Assembly (NCBI GenBank): GCA_041571435.1
Contig: JBFFUI010000029.1
Location: forward strand, 1-28,731
Reading direction: 5' to 3'
DNA: 28,731 bases
Source of the DNA: Sulfurimonadaceae bacterium
GTDB lineage: Bacteria; Campylobacterota; Campylobacteria; Campylobacterales; Sulfurimonadaceae
Shown here: positions 1-7,842 of the stretch, piece by piece
Layout: each line of letters opens with the position of its first letter
Numbering within the stretch: position 1 is the stretch's first letter
The notes under the pieces: generated by a model
What the model saw: only the letters and a program-made list of their open reading frames with translations
The model's database searches: none
What the model was told of the DNA's origin: nothing
Program-made: the position numbers and the translations under genes

Positions 1-84
1 GACCTTGTAAAAGAGTGTGGGCTTGAGTTAGCGAACTCATTGAAATTCAATGAAGCTGACTGGACTATAGTTGTTAAAAAGTAA
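1..84 (+). CDS. nuoX: 3' end of small Campylobacterota NuoE-replacing subunit (NuoX / Cj1575c / HP1264 family), partial
   Basis: Frame 1 reads DLVKECGLELANSLKFNEADWTIVVKK-stop (TAA 82-84). The NSLKFNExDWTIVVKK ending is what I recognise for this family, and the position at the nuoE slot fits. Confidence 0.8.
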   Translation, partial: DLVKECGLELANSLKFNEADWTIVVKK

Positions 85-94
85 GGCATAGCCA

Positions 95-2092
95 ATGAGT
101 AAAGTCTTTTTTTCGACCTGGCGTGGTGAGTCTGTCAACAATAGTGGCAAGGCTGACGATGCATGGGAAGAATCAGCATACAACCTGCCTGAGCAGTACA
201 ATGAGCACTCGTCATCCAAAGCTTTTATAGGCTGGGACGGGGTTGCATTGTTCGATCCTGAGGTGGATGTTGTACGTCTGGCGACAGAGTACGCGGCACA
301 GTATCAGGTCTATTCTGAAGCGTGCGGCCGTTGTGCACCGGGTCGTTGGGGCGGGCGCATCCTGTATGACCTGATGGATAAGATCGCGCGTGGCGAAGGG
401 TCGATGCAGGATATGGAGCACCTCAAAGAGGTCTCCCGTACGATGCAGACGACTTCGAAATGTGAGATCGGAAAGACGGTGCCGACACCACTTCTAGACC
501 TTATGGAGCATTTTGAAGCAGACTTTGTGCGTTGTATTGATGAGCAAAAGCCCTCAAAGCATTATGACGAATCGGTCAACTACATTGCCAAGATAACTGC
601 ACCGTGTACCGATGCCTGCCCTGCGCACGTCGATATCCCGGGTTATATAGAAGGTGTCCGTGACCTGCGTTTTGATGACTCGCTTGTCGCAACACGTCAA
701 ACAATGCCACTTGCGCACACTTGTGGTCGCGTCTGTCCACACCCGTGTGAAGATGAGTGCCGTCGTACGAACCTTGACGAGCCAATCTCTATTATGGCGC
801 TTAAACGTCTGGGCGCTGATTATGAGACCGATCACGGTTTCGGTTTCTTCCATCCGGCAGAGAAAAAACCGGATACAGGCAAGAAGGTGGCTGTTATCGG
901 TGCCGGTCCAGCAGGTCTGACCACAGCATACTATCTTGCGCTTGAAGGTGTTCATTGTGATGTCTTTGAAGAACTTCCGGTTCTTGGCGGTGAAGTCGCT
1001 GTCGGTGTACCTGAATACCGTATGCCGATCGACAAATACAACAAAGATATCGAAGCCGTTGCAGATCTTGGCGTAAACTTTATTCTCAATGCTAAAGTCA
1101 CTGCCGACAAGATGCGAGAACTCGAAAAAGAGTATGACGCGGTAATGGTCGCAACGGGTACACGTATCTCCAAGAAAGTACGTTGTAACAATGAACGCCC
1201 GGAGATCGATGGTTACTGGTCGGCGATCGAGATGCTTGACCAGGTCAACCTTTGGGAAAAATACGGTATTGGAGAGAAGGTCGATCTTACCGGCAAGACA
1301 GTTGTCTGTGTCGGTGGTGGTTTTACCTCTATGGACGTTGTCCGCTGCTCGATCCGCGCGAATGCCGAAAAGGTCTATATGATCTATCGTCGTGATGAGA
1401 AGACGATCATCCGTAATACGACCTATGAAGAGTACCATGAAGCGGTCGAAGAGGGGGTTGAATTCCTTTTCCACTCAGCAGTTGAAGAGATGGTTGATGA
1501 AAACGATGTTCTTAAAAGTCTTAAGATCAATAAGTTTGAGTTAGTGCCGGATCCAGACGGTGGACGCCCGACGCTTGAGAAGATCGAGGGTGCTGATTAC
1601 ATTATTGAGACCGATTACCTTATTCCGGCAGTATCACAGTCTGCTGACCTTGACCTTCTTCCGGAAGAGTGGGATATCGAGATGACCTCATGGGCGACGA
1701 TCAAGACAAACGGAAAAGATTACATGACTTCACGTAAAGGCATCTTTGCTTCGGGTGACTGTGAATACGGTCCGATGACGATCGTCAATGCGGTCGGTCA
1801 GGCGAAACGTGCTGCATCCGTAATGGCTCGCTATGTACAAAACGGCGGTGAGATCACGCTTACAGATGATGAGATCATGGAAGATCATCTGCGTCGCATG
1901 AAAGTCTATGACAAAAAAGAGAAGATCACAGGATGGCTCCCGGGTCTGCCTCGTCAAGAGTCAGAAGTTCTGGATGTTGATGTGCGTAAGTTTAACAACA
2001 TGGAAGTCAACCTGGGCTTTACACAAGAGCAGGCGCTCAGCGAAGCAGATCGCTGTATGCGTTGTTACTATATCGCGATGGTCGCGTACTAA
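95..2092 (+). CDS. SfrB-like FAD/Fe-S NADPH oxidoreductase: NuoF N3-like N-terminal domain fused to a GltD/NfnL-type flavoprotein
   Basis: EACGRCAPG...KC (NuoF N3-like), APCTDACP and CGRVCPHPCEDEC Fe-S motifs, VIGAGPAG FAD motif, GVPEYRMP, VGGGFTSMD...YRR NADP(H) motif, GIFASGD and C-terminal EADRCMRC. The N-terminus (VFFSTW...AFIGWDG) resembles SfrB as I recall it. Confidence 0.85.
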   Translation: MSKVFFSTWRGESVNNSGKADDAWEESAYNLPEQYNEHSSSKAFIGWDGVALFDPEVDVVRLATEYAAQYQVYSEACGRCAPGRWGGRILYDLMDKIARGEGSMQDMEHLKEVSRTMQTTSKCEIGKTVPTPLLDLMEHFEADFVRCIDEQKPSKHYDESVNYIAKITAPCTDACPAHVDIPGYIEGVRDLRFDDSLVATRQTMPLAHTCGRVCPHPCEDECRRTNLDEPISIMALKRLGADYETDHGFGFFHPAEKKPDTGKKVAVIGAGPAGLTTAYYLALEGVHCDVFEELPVLGGEVAVGVPEYRMPIDKYNKDIEAVADLGVNFILNAKVTADKMRELEKEYDAVMVATGTRISKKVRCNNERPEIDGYWSAIEMLDQVNLWEKYGIGEKVDLTGKTVVCVGGGFTSMDVVRCSIRANAEKVYMIYRRDEKTIIRNTTYEEYHEAVEEGVEFLFHSAVEEMVDENDVLKSLKINKFELVPDPDGGRPTLEKIEGADYIIETDYLIPAVSQSADLDLLPEEWDIEMTSWATIKTNGKDYMTSRKGIFASGDCEYGPMTIVNAVGQAKRAASVMARYVQNGGEITLTDDEIMEDHLRRMKVYDKKEKITGWLPGLPRQESEVLDVDVRKFNNMEVNLGFTQEQALSEADRCMRCYYIAMVAY

Positions 2093-2101
2093 GGAGGTCG
2101 G

Positions 2102-4348
2102 ATGATAAAATTTAAAATTAACGGCCGCTCTGTAACGGCTGAACGTGGCGAGACGATCATCAATGTAGCACGTCGAGAAGATATCTATATTCCGACGATG
2201 TGTTATATTGAAAAGACAACACCGTGTGCTTCTTGTCGTCTCTGTAGTGTCGAAGTGGAAGGTCATGACGGTTTTGTACTGTCGTGTAACACACCACCGA
2301 CTGAAGGCATCAATGTCATCACAGAATCACAGGCGCTTCAGACGGAACGTACAAACATCATGCGCATGTATGATGTTAACCACCCTCTCGAGTGTGGTGT
2401 CTGTGACAAGTCAGGTGCGTGTGATCTGCAGAACAAGACACTTGAGTTCAATGTCGGTCAGCAGTACTTCTCGGCAAAAGACCAGCCACGCAAGATCGAG
2501 AACTGGGGTCTTGTCAATTATGACCCGACCCTCTGTATTTTGTGTGAGAAATGTACGCATGTCTGTAATGAGGTGATCGGTGACGATGCTTTGGATCTGC
2601 TTTTTGGTGGGTATAACTCCAAAGTGATCCCGAAAAATTCGGATAAACTTGACTGTACATTCTGTGGTGAATGTATTGCGGTCTGTCCGGTCGGTGCACT
2701 GGTAAGCTCGGACTTTCAGTACTCTGCAAACGCGTGGGAACTATCGAAGATCCCGGCAACGTGCGCCCACTGTAGTGCAGGCTGTGCGCTTGAGTACGAA
2801 GTCAAGCACGCGGGTATCGATTCACCGGGTGAAGAGAAGATTTACCGTGTAACCAATAACTTTGAGTACGCGACACTGTGTGGAGCAGGACGTTTTGGAT
2901 TTGATTTTGAGAATACGGGCACTAAAGATGAAGCCGCATTTACCGCTGCCGTTTCAGCACTTCAAAATGCTGAAGCGATCCGTTTCTCATCGATGATCTC
3001 GAATGAAGAGACGATGATCCTCAATGCACTAAAAGCCAAACTCGGGCTTAAACTCTATAATGAAGATGCACGTCAGATGCAGACATTCATGAACGCCTAC
3101 AGCAGTGTAAGCGGTAAACGTCACTACTCGGCGACACTCGAAAGTTTGAAAAGTTCCGACGGTATCATTGTCGTGGGAAGCCGCATTGCAACAGACAATC
3201 CGGGTGTTCGCTACGCAATGACCACAGCGGCCCGTCATAATGGTGCCAAAGTGGTCTACATGCACCCGCTTGAAGATGCACTGCTGCAAAACACAGTGAC
3301 GCAGTTCATTAAATATGAGGTCGGTACGGAAGAGGGTGTATTGGCACTTCTTGCGCAGACCTTGATCGTGGATCAGGAACTGACAAAGCGAGAGCAGTCA
3401 TTTTTAGATGGGCTTGATGAAGGTTACCTCAGTGCCGAGACGAATGTCGGTGATGACGAGCTGGCCTTTATGGTCAAACAGTTCATGCGCTCCAAATCGA
3501 AGACACTGGTTGTTGGATCTGACCTGCTGGCGCATGAACGTGCTGAGAACATCGCGACACTCGTGGCAATGATCGAAAAGTACAGTGACTTCAGTGTTCT
3601 GGTTGTACCGACTGAGGTGAACACACTGGGTGTCTCACTGATCGCTGACCTGGACAGAGACGAAAGCACTGAAAATGTTGTCGGTTACAACGCGAAAGGC
3701 ACGTTCGTTATCTCTGCTTTGGGCGAAGGTGATCTGGACGTTCCGGCACTGAACCAGCAAGAGGGTACGGTCGTAAGCATCGACAAACGTCTGCTGCCTA
3801 CGAATGTGGCACTCTCGTTTGAGGGATACACCTTGAACGATCTGGCGAATGCACTGGGCATAAACGCTGTCAATACGATCGACTATACCGTTTCTCTGCC
3901 GGCAGAGAGCGGTTTTAAAGCGGTTGCGTTTGACGACCTGGAGAACTTCTATTCGGCCAAGGGCGAAGATCTTCGCGGGTATGTATTGAGCGATGTGAAC
4001 GTCAAACGCGGCGGTTATCCTGAAGAGGTAGCCGATCTACCGGAGTTTAACGGTGCGGTGATCTATCATGTCAACCCGGTGCTTCAGTTCAATGCATTTA
4101 CGGCCAAAACAGCGCAACTTGAGAACGACAATAACCTGTATGGTTCAGCTTCGTTTGCAGCGGCAGCCCGTCTGAGTGACGGTGAGAAAGTTGCCTTTGA
4201 GTTCGCTGGTGAAACTGTTCGTCGTACATTCAAGCTAGACGAGACGTTAAAAGGAACGGTGGCCCTTCATCCGACCTTTGACTTGGGTCTGAATGTTTCA
4301 AACGGTTACCGTTTTGAACATGTAAATTTTATGAGAGAGAGTAATTAG
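2102..4348 (+). CDS. nuoG: NADH-quinone oxidoreductase subunit G paralogue 1 (748 aa, SfrA-like partner candidate)
   Basis: [2Fe-2S] motif PTMC...CRLC...LSC, NHPLECGVCDKSGAC, CILCEKCTHVC, CTFCGECIAVCP, CAHCSAGC...LCGAGRFG, and a molybdopterin-fold C-terminus. Strong RBS AAGGAGG at 2091-2097. Confidence 0.88.
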   Translation: MIKFKINGRSVTAERGETIINVARREDIYIPTMCYIEKTTPCASCRLCSVEVEGHDGFVLSCNTPPTEGINVITESQALQTERTNIMRMYDVNHPLECGVCDKSGACDLQNKTLEFNVGQQYFSAKDQPRKIENWGLVNYDPTLCILCEKCTHVCNEVIGDDALDLLFGGYNSKVIPKNSDKLDCTFCGECIAVCPVGALVSSDFQYSANAWELSKIPATCAHCSAGCALEYEVKHAGIDSPGEEKIYRVTNNFEYATLCGAGRFGFDFENTGTKDEAAFTAAVSALQNAEAIRFSSMISNEETMILNALKAKLGLKLYNEDARQMQTFMNAYSSVSGKRHYSATLESLKSSDGIIVVGSRIATDNPGVRYAMTTAARHNGAKVVYMHPLEDALLQNTVTQFIKYEVGTEEGVLALLAQTLIVDQELTKREQSFLDGLDEGYLSAETNVGDDELAFMVKQFMRSKSKTLVVGSDLLAHERAENIATLVAMIEKYSDFSVLVVPTEVNTLGVSLIADLDRDESTENVVGYNAKGTFVISALGEGDLDVPALNQQEGTVVSIDKRLLPTNVALSFEGYTLNDLANALGINAVNTIDYTVSLPAESGFKAVAFDDLENFYSAKGEDLRGYVLSDVNVKRGGYPEEVADLPEFNGAVIYHVNPVLQFNAFTAKTAQLENDNNLYGSASFAAAARLSDGEKVAFEFAGETVRRTFKLDETLKGTVALHPTFDLGLNVSNGYRFEHVNFMRESN

Positions 4349-4350
4349 GT

Positions 4351-6837
4351 ATGAGTGAAATAACTATTACGATTGACGGAAAAGAGATACAGACGCAAGA
4401 GGGTGAATATATCCTCAATGCGGCACGTGCAAACGACATCTTTATACCGGCGATCTGTTATCTGACACGTTGTAGCCCTACGCTCGCTTGTCGTATCTGT
4501 CTTGTAGAGGCAGACGGCAAACAGGTGTATGCGTGTAATGCGAAGTCTAAAGACGGGATGCAGATCACGACATCGACGGAGACGATCGAAGCAGAAAAAC
4601 GCGCAATTATGGAAGTTTACGACGTAAACCACCCGTTAGAGTGCGGTGTATGTGACCAGTCGGGTGAGTGTGAGCTTCAAAACTACACCTTAGAGGTCGG
4701 TGTTGATGCACAGACGTATGCGATCAAAGATACGTTCAAACCGGTCGAGCATTGGGGTCTGATCAACTATGATCCGGCACTCTGTATCATGTGTGAACGC
4801 TGTACGACCGTCTGTAAAGATATGATCGGTGACGGTGCACTCTCGACTAAACCACGCGGTGGCGATGCCATTGATGAAGCGTTTAAAGAGAGTATGCCGA
4901 AAGACGCCTACTCAATGTGGAACAAGCTGAACAAATCACTGATTCAGCCGAATGCGGGTGATACGCTTGACTGTACCGATTGTGGTGAGTGTACGGCGGT
5001 CTGTCCTGTAGGTGCACTTGTCTCTGCAGATTTCCAATACACATCGAATGCATGGGAACTTTCACAGGTACCTGCAACCTGTTCACACTGTTCAGCGGGT
5101 TGTCAGATCCAGTACGATGTCAAACATGAATCGATCGACAATCCTGAACCGAAGATCTATCGCGTTAAAAACGAGTGGAACTACGTCTCACTCTGTGGTG
5201 CAGGACGTTACGGTTATGACTTTGAAAACAGAGTAGAAGGCAAAGACGAGGCGGCGTTCGCAAAGGCGATCGAAGCCTTTGAAAAAGCTGATACGATCCG
5301 TTTTGATTCTCAGATTACGAACGAAGAGGCCTTGATCCTTCAGAAGCTTAAAGAGACACGAGGGTACAAACTTATCAATGAAGAAGCACGCAAATTTGCG
5401 GCCTTTATGAAAGAGTACTCTACGATAAGCGGTACGGCAACGTATCAAACACCGCTTAAAGCAGTCAACGATGCGGACTTTGTTATCTCCGTCGGTTCAG
5501 CGATCAAAACAGATAACCCGAATGCACGTTTTGCGATGAACAACTCGATGATTATGAACAAGGGCGCAGGGATGTATTTCCACCCGGTTGCTGATCCGGT
5601 CGTTGATGAGATGGGTAAAAACATCATGTCGATCAACCATGAGCCGATGCAGGAAGAGGCGGTCATGTACCTGATCCTTGACCTTTTCGCGAAAAAAGAT
5701 GCGCTTCCTTCTGAGATCACAGATTATCTGGCTTCATTTCACTCGATGAAGACGATAACAGTAACAGAGACGGTCAAAGAGAAAGTAGTCGAGATCGTCA
5801 AAGAGATGAAGGTCAACGAAGAGACAGGCGAAGAGGAAGAGGTCGAAGTCGAAAAATCGAAGATGGTACCGAAAAAGGTCGAAAAAGAGGTCGAAGTTGA
5901 CGATAACCGCCTTTTAGAGATCGTTAATGCACCGGAGAATTTCGACGAGACGATGGAAAAACTTCTCAAAAAGAAAGAAACTTTTGCGCTGATGGTAGGG
6001 GCAGACTTTTATAGCCATCCTAACGCAGCAAACCTTGCACGCTTAGTCGCACTTGTCGAAAAGTACACGGACTTCACGGTCACAATGATCCCGGAGAAAG
6101 GTAACTCACTTGGCGTTGCAATGATCTGCGATCTCGACGAGTTGAGCGGTTCATACAGCATCGGGTATAACGTCAAAGGCGACTTTGTACTGAGTGCAAA
6201 AGGCGACGGTGATCTTGATATGCCGGCGATGAACCAGCAGGAAGGCACATTGACAAGTATCCAGCTGCGCGTCAATCCGACCAATGCAGCACTTGCCTAT
6301 AAAGGTTATGAGCTAAACGACATCGCAAACGCACTTGGACTTGACGCCAAGCTTACGGTCGACTATACGGCACAACTCGGCGAGATCAAAGGGTTTGCAT
6401 CTGTAAACTTTGACGACCTTCCGAATCACTACACCAACAAAGGTGAAGAGATGCGCGGTTATGAGTTGACTGTCACGAAAGCGCGAAAGGCACGTGGCGA
6501 AAAAGTTGCACCGTTTGATGAAGCGGCAGCAATGAAAGAGACGTTGGTCTACCTTGCAAATCCGACACTTCAGTTCAATGACTTTACGCAGAAGTCACAC
6601 CAGCTGAATGAAGAAGCCGGTCTCTATGTGAGTAGCGACTACGCAACAGCAAATGAATTGACAGAGGGAGACTCGGTTTTACTTACGACAACACGAGGTT
6701 CTATGGAACTTAATGTTAAAATTGACAGTAAAATCGGCGGAAATATTCCGTTCGTTCCGACTTTTGATTCAAATCTAAACAGTGAGGCACTTTTCAACGG
6801 TTACCGTTATAGTGCTGCCACAATCAAAAAGGTGTAA
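4351..6837 (+). CDS. nuoG: NADH-quinone oxidoreductase subunit G paralogue 2 (828 aa, canonical Campylobacterota type)
   Basis: Same Cys/His motif set (PAIC...ACRIC...YAC, NHPLECGVCDQSGEC, CIMCERCTTVC, CTDCGECTAVCP, CSHCSAGC...LCGAGR). Directly precedes nuoH. Confidence 0.92.
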   Translation: MSEITITIDGKEIQTQEGEYILNAARANDIFIPAICYLTRCSPTLACRICLVEADGKQVYACNAKSKDGMQITTSTETIEAEKRAIMEVYDVNHPLECGVCDQSGECELQNYTLEVGVDAQTYAIKDTFKPVEHWGLINYDPALCIMCERCTTVCKDMIGDGALSTKPRGGDAIDEAFKESMPKDAYSMWNKLNKSLIQPNAGDTLDCTDCGECTAVCPVGALVSADFQYTSNAWELSQVPATCSHCSAGCQIQYDVKHESIDNPEPKIYRVKNEWNYVSLCGAGRYGYDFENRVEGKDEAAFAKAIEAFEKADTIRFDSQITNEEALILQKLKETRGYKLINEEARKFAAFMKEYSTISGTATYQTPLKAVNDADFVISVGSAIKTDNPNARFAMNNSMIMNKGAGMYFHPVADPVVDEMGKNIMSINHEPMQEEAVMYLILDLFAKKDALPSEITDYLASFHSMKTITVTETVKEKVVEIVKEMKVNEETGEEEEVEVEKSKMVPKKVEKEVEVDDNRLLEIVNAPENFDETMEKLLKKKETFALMVGADFYSHPNAANLARLVALVEKYTDFTVTMIPEKGNSLGVAMICDLDELSGSYSIGYNVKGDFVLSAKGDGDLDMPAMNQQEGTLTSIQLRVNPTNAALAYKGYELNDIANALGLDAKLTVDYTAQLGEIKGFASVNFDDLPNHYTNKGEEMRGYELTVTKARKARGEKVAPFDEAAAMKETLVYLANPTLQFNDFTQKSHQLNEEAGLYVSSDYATANELTEGDSVLLTTTRGSMELNVKIDSKIGGNIPFVPTFDSNLNSEALFNGYRYSAATIKKV

Positions 6838-6840
6838 TAG

Positions 6841-7836
6841 ATGGAAGTAGCATACATTATTGAAACGCTTATCAAGATTGTTGTGATCTTGTTGGTCTTT
6901 TCTGCTTTAGCAGGTTTCGGAACCTACTTTGAGCGTAAGGTCCTGGCATTTATGCAGCGTCGTCTCGGGCCAATGCACGTTGGTCCTTATGGACTTTTAC
7001 AGATCGCGGCTGACGGTATTAAACTCTTTACGAAAGAAGATATCGTTCCGACTAATGCCGTTGGTCCGATCTTTAAGATCGCACCGATCATTACAGCTGC
7101 AACAGCCTTTATGGCGGCGGCTGCGATCCCGTTCTTACCAACGTTTACACTTCCGTTTACTGATTATGTGGTGCATCCGATCGTAGCGGATGTCAACATC
7201 GGTATTCTCTATATTCTGGGTGTTATGGCGGTAGGTTTCTACGGCCCGCTTCTTGGTTCATTGGCTTCTAGCAACAAATTTGCACTTCTTTCAGCAGCAC
7301 GTGCGGCAGCGATCTTTATTTCGTATGAAGTGGTGACAGGACTGTCTCTTCTTGCTCCTTTGATGATCGTCGGTTCGTTCTCACTGGTCGATTTTAACGA
7401 CTATCAGGCTGGCGGTATCGGTGACTGGATCATCTGGTCTCAACCGGTCGCATTTATCCTCTTCTGGATCGCTGCATTTGCAGAAACTGGCCGTACACCG
7501 TTCCACCTGGTAGCGAATGATCATGAGATCATTGACGGTTTCGGTACGGAGTACTCAGGTATGCGTTGGGGCTTGTTCTTCATCGGTGAGTATGCCAACA
7601 TGTTCTTTATCTCATTTGTGATCGCACTGGTCTTCCTGGGCGGTTACGGTGACGGTACACTTCTTGGTGCATTGGCGTTCCTGGGAAAAGTTGCCTTCTT
7701 CTTTTTCTTCTTTTTATGGGTACGTGCAGCTTGGCCGGATATCAGACCGGATCAGTTGATGTGGTTATGTTGGAAAGTCCTCATGCCTATAGCGGTGGTC
7801 AATGTTGTGATCACTGGCTTTGTAATGATGTTTTAA
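6841..7836 (+). CDS. nuoH: NADH-quinone oxidoreductase subunit H
   Basis: ERKVLAFMQRRLGP, GLLQIAADGIKLFTKED, TEYSGMR, RPDQLMWLCWK; multiple TM helices; operon order. Confidence 0.97.
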   Translation: MEVAYIIETLIKIVVILLVFSALAGFGTYFERKVLAFMQRRLGPMHVGPYGLLQIAADGIKLFTKEDIVPTNAVGPIFKIAPIITAATAFMAAAAIPFLPTFTLPFTDYVVHPIVADVNIGILYILGVMAVGFYGPLLGSLASSNKFALLSAARAAAIFISYEVVTGLSLLAPLMIVGSFSLVDFNDYQAGGIGDWIIWSQPVAFILFWIAAFAETGRTPFHLVANDHEIIDGFGTEYSGMRWGLFFIGEYANMFFISFVIALVFLGGYGDGTLLGALAFLGKVAFFFFFFLWVRAAWPDIRPDQLMWLCWKVLMPIAVVNVVITGFVMMF

Positions 7837-7842
7837 GGGTTG

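Noticed and set aside
95-2092. Calling the 665-aa ORF glutamate synthase small subunit (gltD) or canonical nuoF
   Set aside because: No gltB is adjacent, it has an extra NuoF-N3-like domain and a split Cys motif, and it lacks the NuoF FMN/NADH (GRGGAGF) domain.
2102-6837. Either NuoG-like ORF being a formate dehydrogenase or [FeFe]-hydrogenase catalytic subunit
   Set aside because: I see no Mo/W-ligand Cys/Sec-His motif and no H-cluster motifs (TSCCP, MPCxxK), and both sit in the nuoG position.
2102-6837. Tandem nuoG as an assembly duplication artefact or pseudogene
   Set aside because: The copies are clearly diverged with distinct indels, and both are open with intact Cys motifs.
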